A stretch of DNA of 64,000 bases, taken from Paramecium tetraurelia. Taxonomy: Eukaryota. The notes beneath the pieces are model-generated. The model was not told where the DNA came from. It did not search any database and was given only the letters and a program-made list of their open reading frames with translations. The first letter of the stretch is position 1. Each line of letters starts with the position of its first letter. Both the position numbers and the translations under genes were made by a program. The stretch is taken from positions 1 to 64,000 of the forward strand of contig CT868585.1 of NCBI GenBank assembly GCA_000165425.1, given 5' to 3'. Shown here one piece after another: positions 14,885 through 26,958 of the stretch.

Positions 14885-17866
14885 ATCCACCATGATTGCC
14901 ACAAAGATATTTAAACATTTCTATAACAATTTCTTTGCTGTCTTACTGAAGTATATGATTTACCATAGTCAAATCAGCCGATTGCAATCAATTTGGTTGA
15001 TAGAGGCTTCTTTTATTTATTGTTTAAATCAAATTCTATTAATTAATTTATATTTGAGAACAAGAGTATTTAGGAAAGTCTTTTGAAAACATATGATATT
15101 AAGTATTTATCTTTCCGTTCCAATTGTAATAAATAGCAGAATATATTTTCTTTGGCTGGTTAATCTTTTTTAGTAGTTTAGAATAATAGTATTTTGTTTA
15201 ATAAAATGAATTTCTGTGATGAGATAGAAAATCTATGTCATGAACTTGAGAAATGCCAAATTTAGAACTGTGAAAGATTGCATCCAAGAAGTTTTAGTGG
15301 AGTTTGCATAGGCTATTTACAGAATATTTGTTAATAATCAGAATATTGTGGCTTACATCACTTTTCTTAAGAAGAGTTGGATAAAGCATTTGATTCTTAA
15401 CCAATAAATGGAATCTATAAGCACAATTTATGTTATAAGAAATGCAATAATTGTAATTGCAAATATTTACATCCCCCATGGTTGGAACGTATTTGTGTAC
15501 ATTGTGAGAATAAAAATTGTGATAAGAAATAAGAAGGATTATGGCATACAACTAAATGGACAGACATAAGAAAGAAAGTTTATGAAATGTACAACATAAA
15601 TAAATTAAACCCTGAAAAATTAGGTGCTGATGATGATTCATATGAAGCCCAAAAATATAATTTTGATAAATATTGTATCAAGTATTTTTAAGGAATCTGC
15701 CCTCACCACAGATGCCAAAAACCACATAAAAATTGGGAAGATATAAAAGATATAGGAGAGTTTTAGAATTTAGAAGATTAAGTTATTAAACCTTGTATCA
15801 AATATGATGAAATTAAAAATAAATATGTGAGTTAACCTCAAACACTAAAATGTGCTGTTTTTATGTAAAAGAATTCACTTCAATTAATGATAAACTAAAT
15901 ATAATAAAGGCCACAAGCTGATATCATATTTATATTAGACTGTACGAAAAGTATGGATAAATGGATTGAAGTTTCAAAGAAGAGCATCAGTTCTATAATT
16001 GCTGAGTTTAAGAAAAAAGTATAAATAAATGCGGCTATAAGAATGGCTGCAGTTTGCTATAAGGATTTTTCAGATGGTCCAAATCATATTCAGTATCACA
16101 ATTTTACGGTACGTCCAGAGGAGATTGAAAAATTCTTCGGTAACTTAAAAATAGAAGGCGGTGATGATATCCCTGAGGATTTGTAAGGTGCTCTTGATAT
16201 GGCATATAAATTAAAAATTTGTAAAGATCCTGCAAGTCTCTTATAGATTTTTATAATCACAGATGCCCCATGTCATGGGAGGAAGTACCATAATTTAGCT
16301 TATGATTAACGCCCGGATGCTCAAGATTTGGAAGAAAAACTTTAAAAATTCGTAGATTTAAAATAAAGATTTTTTCTCTCATTCTTATAAATCAATGAGC
16401 AAACTTAAAAAATGGAGAAAGTGATTCAAAGCGTGGTAAAAAACTATTAAAGTGCAAAAATCGCTGATAAATAATTTTCAGATTATATTGTATTCTCTCT
16501 AGCTTCTACTTATAACAAATCGATATCAATGAATGTAAATAAAGAGTATGAACATGTTTGCTCTGCTTAATATACAAAACAAAAAGATATGCCTTATATG
16601 TACAATAATAGAAAAAATGAGAATTATTATGATTTCTTTCTTTCTTAAATCTTAAAAACTTAAAAAAAAGGGGATACTTTAGTATTTATTGAAAACAATG
16701 AACTTTAAGTTAGTTAATAAGGTTAATAATAAGAAGTATTTAAGGGGTTCGATTAAAAGAATAATGTGCACATTATTATAAAAATACAGAAAAATATTAT
16801 TAAGAAATTTAATTCTAAAACTTTGACAGCTGATGATATTGATGAAGCAAATAAGATTGCAGAGAGTAAATATAAACAATAATTGATTGCGAAATAATTG
16901 AGTCATCATTTTAATTTCTGCTGCAATAAATAAAATATATAGTTTACGCCTCTTTATTATGCAACTCCATATTTATATTAATTAGAAAAGCCGTTTAAGG
17001 GTGTAAAGCTAATATATGCAGAGAGTTACATTGATATTGACTAGCCTTGGAAGAAGTACACTAACAATACAGAGTACAGAGATGAATGCATAGACTTAAC
17101 TGCTTTCTCTCACTTTACATATCAATATACTAACTGTTAAATGATCGTAACAGATTTATAGGGGAAAACCAATATCTTAAGTGATCCAGCGATACACACT
17201 TCAATTTATAATTAAAATTTAACAGATTCAACTAATTTAAAAGATGATGGATGTCGTAAATTCTTTTTGAATTAACATCCAGAATGTTTAACAATTTGTA
17301 GATAGCTAAAATTAAATCCAACAGAAATTTAACAAAAGAGTTCAGGTTGCATTGAAATGTAATAATCTAATGTGCCTACTTAATAGGAGGATGCTTATTT
17401 TGGAAGTAAAATAAGTAGTGACAATAGATTCAAAGTATGCTGTAACTGTAATGCATTAGAAAAATTAGAATAATAGTCTGACACTTGTGAACTTTGTGAT
17501 AGTTGCAAAAAGGAATAGCAGAATAAGGAAACTGTGAATTGTTAATGCTGTAATGCAATATTTGAAATCTCTTTAAATTTTGAATAGATTTTTGGAACTG
17601 TAGTGGAATATTGCCAAGATTGTTAAAATAAATAATGCCACACGACTGTGGCAAGGAAATGCTATTATTGCAGTAAAAGAATATGCTTACAAACAATTAA
17701 GGAAATTTAAATAAATGGCAAAAAAACAGATATTTGTGCAGATGCTCATTACTTTTTAAGATAAGTTAAATGTAAAAATTGCCAATCCAATTATAATTTT
17801 AAATAGTTATTAAGCCAAGAGGATTATTATAAAAATGATTATAATTGCGGATGCAAAAACAGATGA
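14885..17866 (+). CDS. Alpha-kinase (eEF2K/MHCK family) with N-terminal CCCH-type zinc fingers, a vWA domain and C-terminal CxxC zinc ribbons; true start uncertain
   Basis: Open frame from ~14885 to TGA 17864-17866. vWA: DIIFILDCTKSMDKWI, EGGDDIPEDL, FIITDAPCHG. Alpha-kinase: WKKYTNN, TAFSHFTYQYT, IVTDLQG, LSDPAIHT, TNLKDDG..FF..HPEC..IC. Confidence 0.88.
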
Positions 17867-17902
17867 AATTTTATTAATAAATATTTATTATTAATTCAAG
17901 AT

Positions 17903-19516
17903 TCAATCATAGATCAACTAGTCTTCGATTTGATGAACAGTACTTTTCTGCATTTCATTTTCTCTCCTAATTCTATTTATAATTCTGTCTGATTCTTTTT
18001 GCCAATCTGTTGTAAATAAGCTAATTGTAAAAAGAGTAGTCAAAATTAAATTTGAAATTCCAAATCCTTACCAAATTCCCTTAGTACCATTTCCAAGTCC
18101 CCAGTCATAAGCGAAAAAGGAGACTATAGGAACACAACAAACAAAATATGCAAATATAGTGGAATACTAAAATATTTCTAATTCTAATACCTAAACTAAA
18201 TTTGCTTTATTGATTCCTTTTAATGCTCCACTTAAAGTTCCCTACATTCCGTCTATTATTAATGAGCCACCTATCATCCAAGGCAGAGAATCCCTCAATA
18301 CATCTTTTGTTTCATCTGCAAACTGATCCTTTCCACTTTCTGCTGTGAAAAAATCAATAAATCCATCTTAGAATACCCACAATAAAGATGCACACAAGGC
18401 ACATGTTATCACGAATATTAGGATTCCCACAGCTACATATTGTTTTGCTCGTTTAATATCTCCCAATCCCATTTCAGTGCCAACATATGACATAATTGCA
18501 ATTGATAAACTAATTGGCAATCCTTAAATGATTAATGTATATTATTACTAAAGAATGTGCCTGACACTGTCTGAAGTGCTAAATGTGCATTTACTGATGG
18601 AGTGTTTAAACTTAATGCCACGAATGTTAACAAAACAAAAATAAAGTATGCACAATATATGTGGACTAATATAGGCATTGAAGTCTTGCAATATTGTAAA
18701 CCTAGCTTTTTGATTCTAGGAATGTCAGGTAAGAATTTGATTCCTTAAAATATTGTCCTTTTGTATTCGGTCAATTAAATGAATACTATAATAAATTATA
18801 AAATTCTTACAGAATATGAATAACATGTTGAATATTTCAGTCATTATGATTGCAAAACCTGCTCCTGGGATTCCCCATTCAAATTTCATTATAAATAACC
18901 AACTAAAAAGCCAGTGTAAGAGCAAAGTGATAAAATGGATTATGGCAAATGGATAAGTAATTTTGTATGAAGCCATGAAAATTTTGATGCTTTCAAAAAT
19001 GATTGCTAAAATAATGGCTGGAATCAGAAACCACAGGTATTCCCAAGCGCAATCTGCTGTTTCCTCTCTTTGAGATTCTTCCACAATAAGGCTAAACGGT
19101 TTTTTGATTGCTATTAAAATGCCTGAAAAGGGTATCAGAAACATCAACATCACATACAAATTGACATTGAAGAATCGCTTTGCAAGTTAGTGATTTCCAT
19201 CGCCAATTGCCTATGCTGTATGCATATTTAGAGATTGATTAAATCCAAATCCAATAGGAAGCACAATAATGTAGACACAATTCAAAGCAAATCCATACCC
19301 AGCTACATCAATTTAAGTCATTCTTTCATAAAATATAAAAAGTTACCCTTTGTTAATGTAATGCAAGGTGATACTCACACAAATGTCCAAACAGACATAT
19401 CCAAACACAGTTTAGAAAGAACAAACTAATAAATTCCAAAACATCTTTAATAACGTAGGCTTATCATCTTTATCCACTTGTATCTCTGTGTTTGTCAAAT
19501 GATGGCAAGAAAGCAT
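17903..19516 (-). CDS. MATE family multidrug/toxic compound efflux transporter (start approximate)
   Basis: DVAGYGFALNCVYIIVLPIGFGFNQSLNMHTAQAIGDGN; WLFIMKFEWGIPGAGFA; second repeat with DGMQGTLSGALKGI and DWQKES at the C-terminus; TGA 17905-17903. Confidence 0.88.
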
Positions 19517-19636
19517 AATTATGAAAGAAATTTAATGTTTTAATAAAAACGATTTATTCAAATTTAAAGTGACTGAATTGGATATATTAATAATAGGTCA
19601 CGTTAATACTCCAGATTTTAATTAATTTAACGTAAA

Positions 19637-20068
19637 ATGCCATAGCTTCACAATTCTATATTGATTTTATAATCCTCACCAATTCCTTAATTTTAGTATA
19701 ATAAACATCAGTTCTGTAAAAGAAGTTATAAATAAATTTCTGAATCGGATGATGCGCACTCACTAATTGATATAAATAAATCGATTAATTGTATTTTAAA
19801 TCGAGGAAAATATACAGATTAGAGAATAAGAATAACTTAAAGTTATGTATAAACACTTATAGAAAGTATTTTAAAATAAACCATAATTAATATATATATT
19901 TTAATTCATGAATTGAGAACTTACGATGATAATCTGCAAGCTTATATTTATTAAAAACTAGTTAGGTATTGTAAAAGTACAGAAAACCTATTTACTGAAT
20001 TAAGCTCTAATAACATTTTTTATTTCACATAAATTAATAAATTGTAGATGAAAACAAAAAATTTCTGA
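19637..20068 (+). CDS. Hypothetical protein (143 aa)
   Basis: ATG-to-TGA open frame in the ciliate code; no recognisable domain. Confidence 0.3.
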
Positions 20069-20517
20069 TTCTATGTAATTAAATAACAAGGTAAATGATT
20101 TGCAAGTACATTTAATTTCTGAAATAATTAAATATCAACTTTAGAGATTGTTTCAATTAATTCAATCAAATTATAAAGAAAAACTTGTCAAAGGTTTGAC
20201 ACTAGATAATTCTTAAAAAACTATCGAGTGATAGAGGTTGTATGATTGTGATTAAAAATTATATAATTGTTCCTATTATCTTTATTTATCCTGATCCAGG
20301 GTCTAACACTGATTCTTTAAAATCTAAAGGGATATGTAGAGGGAATAATGAATACAATAAAATTAAAGTAGTGAATCAAAAAAATGAGAAATCTCTATTA
20401 ACCAGATTTCGGGTTGACTAATGGGATATTAGAAATTTTACATAAATTAAATGTTTTTCTGAAAATATATAAAAAGTTATTATCATAATAAAAATAATTG
20501 GGAATCCAAGTGAAATT

Positions 20518-22557
20518 ATGAATGAAATTTTTCCAGATGTCTCAGTTCCTTACCCTTCTAATTCTGCAGATATCAGTAGTCTGCCTTAAGTAACCATCCA
20601 ACAAGCACTTGATCATCGATAAGCCAATAGAGTCGGTCGACCAAATTATAAAGGAAGAATTTGTAATTGTTGTGGCTTGCAAATTGTATAAATATATTTA
20701 AAAAGGAAAGAGAAAACTTCAATTTGGGAATATCTAGTGATCAATTGGGATTTCTAGGCACCGGCTATCCTTTGTATTTTGATTTCATCAAATCTTGTTT
20801 AACAATTATTGCCATCCAATACATCACAGTTGGTAATTTCTAATTAATAACTCACATTGGAACATTGTTTGAATTATCAGAGACATAGTAAGGATTATAA
20901 GAAAAGTAAAGCATCTTAAGTCTCACTGCTCTATACTTTACTATGATCTACTTAATTTATTTTAGACATAATTAAATTAAGTTGGATAGTTTTTGTGACT
21001 TAAAACAAACCACCCCAGGAGATTATACAGTCCTATTCTAAAAGTTACCTTTGGATTTATCAAGAGAAGAATTAGAACTGAAAATAAAGGAGGAATTCGA
21101 GAATGTAGTAAAAGTGTGCTTCATTTTCAAATAAATAATAAAACAAAAAAACAACAAGAGAATGTTTCTAGATCAATTATAAGATACATACTTTGAACAA
21201 AACTAATTTTCTGGCAATGCCCTAGTATCATTTAAATATAAGGAGGATAAACTTAAATTATTAAAGAAGGCTAAATACAATAAGTGGAAATATTATTTAA
21301 AATAATTATTGCATTTAGACTTAAATAATGATGGATATTTAAACTTTTAAGGGATACGTTTAGCTGTAAGATAGGCTCCAGAACCTACAGATATTAATTG
21401 GAAAAGTTTAAATGAATGGATAGAATTATCATAATTCAAAAGATTACTGGAAATCTTAATCAACTTTTTGTTATTGATATCCTTATTAGTAGTGACTTGC
21501 ACTACAGAATAAAAAAAAAACAAAATTATTTCATTTAAATCCAGTTTTACACCTCTAATAACTATTATTTCTTATTATGTTTTTCCATTACTGACCAAAA
21601 GGATAACCTTTCGAAAATACATATCTTGGACATAAACTGAAAAGAGCTAATCCTTTAAATTGACTATCCTTATGTCTTTGTTTACAATCTATATAGCTTA
21701 ATTTGTTGATGGAGAGTTGTTTTGGCTTTTCGCTTGGTATTATCTTATAACTATACTTTAGCAATTCATTTCTTCCTCCACTATTTATACTTTTAAGACT
21801 CTAATAGTAAATAAAGAATTATAAAATTAAATATTAGCCACAACCATAAACTTAAGATGAATTGAATAGACTTTATGAGCTTCAACATCACAATTTAATT
21901 AGGAATCATGCTTACATCATTTATACTATGATAATTACAAACATATATGGGAATCTTATGCCTATTAATTCAATTATGTCATTTATAGGATTAAGTCTCT
22001 ATTATTGGGCTGATAAATATGTACTACTTAATCATTCTACTGTCAAATATTAACCATCTTCAAATTTATCGCTTGAAATGTTTACCTTAATATCATACAC
22101 CCCTTTAATTATTTCATGTCAAACGTATATGAACTCCGACGAGAACAAGATTTCTCTAATTTAATTGATCAGTGCATTCATATTCTATTTGATTCCTAAA
22201 GACCTAATAATAAACAAAATCTGGAAGACAAAGAAGATTAAAGAATTTTCACCTTATGATGAATCTCAATTCAATTCCTGCTATGATAGAACAAATCCTG
22301 CATTGCAAGATAAAGCAATTCATAACTGGGTAAACTAATAAAAGAAAGCCCATGCCAAATAAAGAAGAGTTTTACATTTACTAGATTAGGAATAAAAGGC
22401 CAAACAAAAACGAACTTTGGAAAAATAATTAACAAAAATTTAGAAATAAATCAGTTAACTCGAAGCTTAGTTGGAATAAAAATAAACTGCTAAACTAATA
22501 ACATAATCAGATTAAGTTTCACAAAGCTTTAGCTAAGAGAAATCGTAAGACTCATGA
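20518..22557 (+). CDS. OSCA/CSC1/TMEM63-like putative mechano/osmosensitive channel
   Basis: LGFLGTGYPLYFDFIK, TPGDYTVLFQKLP, RQAPEPTDINWKSL, LYYWADKYVLLNH; several TM segments; coiled-coil tail ending at TGA 22555-22557; short intron near 20686. Confidence 0.72.
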
Positions 22558-22975
22558 ATTATTGACATGTGTAATTATTTAAACATTCATTATATAATCA
22601 AAATTCAATTATTTATAATATAATATTAGCCATCTTGAGTAATATAACTAAATAATTATTTCCATTTGAAGATTGATGAAAATCGTTTAACTAGTGATAA
22701 TTCATGAATATTTGTTTTTTATTTCTACAAATCATTAAATAAGATTTGATTTTGCTATTTATAACAAACTCAAAAATGTTATACTTATAAGATTCTCAAA
22801 TTATCCACTATCATAAGATATTGGGTAAGTCAATTTATGTTGACTCAAAAAACTAAGTCATGCAGACTAAATTACCACAATTCCATTTAATATATCAAAT
22901 AGTCTAAATTATTAATATCAATTAATTTACTATTAATATATAATTTTTTATAACTCCACTATTAATAATTTTTTT

Positions 22976-23551
22976 ATGAGGAAAAATGAATATGATCTAT
23001 TTGTAGATGATTAGATCTCATCCAAAAAATATTAAGTAACTCTAAAATGCAAGTATTACACAAAGGTTTCGCAACTAAAAAAGTATTTACATAAATTCAT
23101 TAAATCAAATTTCGACATAATTCATAATGATATTACCCTTTTAGAATCAATGATTGTAGATTAGATATTCTCTCTACATTGCTAAAATATCATTACAATT
23201 TGTAGGAAAACAGATCCAATGATTGAGATTTTAGTTAATCATAAACTCTAGTATAATAAATAGCTAAAATAATAAATTATTTAGAATGAACTATTACCAC
23301 ATGAGGAATGTGCTAAAACAGAAGATATGTAAAGTGAATTAGATACCTCCTCAACAACTATATCAAGAAAATGCGTACCTTGTGAAATCTAAAATAAAAT
23401 GATATCGCACTATGAAAGTTCAATATTAAATTTAATCGAAGAAAATGAATAACTTTAATAATAATTAAAATAACTTCAAAATGATAAAAGAAAATTAAAC
23501 TAAAAAGAATGTATAAAAGTAAATCACACAAGAAAACAAAAAAGATCATGA
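22976..23551 (+). CDS. Hypothetical protein (191 aa), C-terminal coiled coil
   Basis: Uninterrupted ATG-TGA frame (576 nt), Q/E/K-rich C-terminus. Confidence 0.6.
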
Positions 23552-25035
23552 TTATATCAATTTTTTCATCATATTTGTAAATTCAACCAAAGATAAAGCC
23601 CCATCATGATTTGCATCAACCTCATTCATTATTTCTATCCATTAATCATTCCCAGCCAAATTACACTTGAATGCTTCACATAACTCTTCAACATTAATAT
23701 TCCCAGAAGCATTCTAAAATATATATTTTGACCAATACTCTATCAATTAATTTAAACGCTGTTTCAATCTTAGATTTTTATAAAATGGCCTATTTATCAA
23801 TTGCTTGGGCTAAAAATTGTGAGTAAGATATAGTTCCATCTTCAGCGCATATCTTATTGGTTTGCATTTCAGTTGTCTCAACATCAAATATCTTCAACAT
23901 AGCAGTCTATAACTCTTCAACATCAATATAACCATCATTTTTTTAATCTATATATGTAAACACCTCTCTCAATTCACTCAATTCCTCTCTTGAAGCTAGA
24001 TACAAAACTATCAATTTCAGAGTAGCTTCTTATAATTTAGATTGACTATTATAATTTATTAAATTAGTCAGCACTCTTCTTAATTAGCTATCACTAACCT
24101 ACAGTTCAAAATTCTTGACAATCCATGGATCATTCAATGCTTATTCAATTGTCATTCTTTGACTGGGATCTTTATTTAACATTTTCTTGATAAATTCTTT
24201 TGATTAGATACTATTCTTGTTCCAATCTTATTCATCAAAAACCAAAGGCTTCTTTAAGACATTGTCAATAATTTTCCTATTAGATTCTCCACCAAAGGGA
24301 GGATACCCACATAATAAAATGTAAGTTATAACTCCAATAGCCCAAATATCAACTGATTCATTGTATTTTTTTTGATATATTTCTGGAGCTTAATAGAAAG
24401 GATGATTAACTGAACTATGCATTTTATGGGAAATCTTTTAACACATACCAAAATCAATCAAAATTGCGGATGCAAATTCAGAACTTCTTTCAAGCATGAT
24501 ATTTTCAGGTCTGATTTCTCTGTGGGCAATTCCATGAATATGGCAATAATTTAATGCGTATAGCAATTATCTTATAATTCTTGCAGCCTATGCTTCAGAG
24601 AATGTTTTTTTCTCTTAAATTTTGCTAAATAATTCTCCTCCAGAATAATAGTCTGTGATTATGTAATGAAATCTGTCATCACTATAATATTCATTTATTT
24701 TTAAAATGTTTGGATGATCTAGCTTTTCTAAAATGTTGACTTCTGATGTTACTCTTTCTTCTTCCTTCTCACTGGCATTCTTTTATACTATTTTTACAGC
24801 TCTCATGATTCCGGTTTTTTTATTTATTACTTTTCGTATTTCAGAGTATTATCCTTTACCGATTGGAGGAGTCAAGAATTAGTACTCTGTGCTAACTCGA
24901 CCCTTCTTCTTAATTAAAAGGTTTAATGCTAATACAGAAGGCTTTTCTATTTTTATGACTTAATCTTTTACATTCTTATTTTCTTTGATACTCTTATTCA
25001 AATTCTCCCTAGCTTTTCATCATTTTATTACCCAT
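23546..25035 (-). CDS. Calcium-dependent protein kinase (kinase + EF-hands), probable pseudokinase
   Basis: MGNKM start; IGKGQYSEIRKV, RAVKIV, HREIRPEN, IDFG, YQAPE, GYPPFGG; EF-hands DQKNDGYIDVEE, DRNASGNINVEE, DANHDGALSLVE; two 25-nt introns; TGA 23548-23546. Confidence 0.9.
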
Positions 25036-25172
25036 AGATTCTTGATAATAATGTTTATTTAATATTTTATAATCAATTTTAAATGCCATTAACATTTCGA
25101 TATGGTTTATAGTTATGTAGTAAGGTAAGTTGAGTTGAAAGAAATTACCAAATTAAATTAAAATACATTATC

Positions 25173-26285
25173 TCAATTAAATAATTCCTTCACTTTATTG
25201 ATACATCCAATAACTTTATCTCTTAGAGTTTTGATTGTCAAGTTAAATCCAGCTTTAATTTAAAAATCACCATCTAAGTAACCTCTGATAATTAATTTGT
25301 CGTCTTTTTAACTGACTCTCAATCCCCCCAACACTACTTGGCCTTCCTAAAACTATTGAGATCTAGGTAAATCACAAAAAGATTACATTTTCAATTAGTA
25401 TTGATCTTGTATTCTGATCGATTTGTAAACAATATAATAATCTTCATTTAGCAATTCTGTATATTTTACATATGTAATGAATTGTTGCTTTATCATCAGA
25501 TGTTTGTTTATTTGCATTTCTCCAATAGACATCTATTCATTGACCTGTTGCAATTTGTAGTTTTCAATCAAATCAAATTCAAATAGAGAGTTTTCGTTTG
25601 ACCATTTAAGGAATCTATTGATTTCTGTACTTAACTCAAATTGAAACCTATATTATAACCATTATATAAACACTTAATTTAAATGAACATGACCTTTTGC
25701 ACAAAATAATGCGAGAAATACAACTCTATATTATTCATATTCTGAATGTAAGTGTCGCTGTCATCTATAATATCCACTAATTCTGTAAATTTCTCAAGGG
25801 CCTCCTATACATATATGGTTAATTCATCAATTTTAATTGAATCAATGTTAGTGAAAACAAAAATTCCATTTTCTATTGATTTTTAATACTGTTATTGCGG
25901 TTGAATTGTATTATCTGAAGTCTATTTGTCTTACTTTTTTAGAATAAACTTATCTTCTTCTTTTAATTGCACTGTTTAGCTTATTGAAGGTGATCTTACA
26001 ATGGACAACTATTTATTAGAAATGGTTTCCAAAGTTAGATCATTCTCATTCTTTTCCTCATTTTTGTCTACTTAGCATGATGATAAATCATTAGAATGAG
26101 TATGATCATGTGCAAAACCTAAATTTGGGATGGAATAAACTTATCTATTATGCTTATATTTTTCCTTATGTTTCTTCAGCAGGATTGTTGGATAAGTTCA
26201 CTAACTAATGTGATGACACTGAGACAGAGGGCTTGCTTCTAATCAAGAAACAACACTCTTTGCATTTAGAGATTAATAATCCCAT
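25173..26285 (-). CDS. Putative N-acylated protein with a possible START-like C-terminal domain
   Basis: Starts MGLLISKCKECCFL; 22-nt intron; C-terminus YYIVYKSI...GQVVLGGLRV..IIRGYLDGDF resembles START lipid-binding domains; TGA 25175-25173. Confidence 0.5.
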
Positions 26286-26497
26286 TTTATTTAAAAAACT
26301 TGATTATTATAATAATACTATTATGTATTTTGTCATCATTAAATAATTACTTGATTTTTGTAAATATATGGATAAAAAAGTTATGATTTCAAAAAACGTA
26401 TATTTTTTGCCTCATTCTGGCCTATCATGATTTATAAACAAAATAAATAATCTTTGGTAATTATTTATAGGTTTTAGATTAAAATATCATCATAGCA

Positions 26498-26908
26498 TCA
26501 AATTTCAAATGAACTTTACTTGCCTAGATGAAGTGGACTTAATCCTGTTCCAGAATCTCTTTTTGAATTACTTTGATCCATCCCAAATTTGATTATCTAA
26601 ATTGTATTAATCATGGGTGATTCTCCTATCGTTTGCTAAAACACTATCCCTTGCTATTTTGGTAATTCACTAGATTAATCAAAATTCTACTAAAACTCAT
26701 GTTCTTTTGAAGTAGGATCTGTCTTAAATTTAAGTCCTAAGGATTTTAAATATGCCACAACTCGCCTTTCTATTTCCAATTATTGTAAATCGTGACAGTG
26801 AAATTGAGGTAATAAACTATCCAATGATTCTACAGACTCTCGAGCAAAGTCTTCAAGAATTTCAATTTTCGACCGTGATAAATCCTCTCCTTTTTTACCA
26901 TATTACAT
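26498..26908 (-). CDS. Hypothetical protein (136 aa)
   Basis: Clean ATG-TGA frame of 411 nt (MQYGKKGEDLSRSKIEILEDFARES...). Confidence 0.6.
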
Positions 26909-26958
26909 AATTATGAAATTTGATTAATAATGATAAGAATTCTGATTTATATATAATG

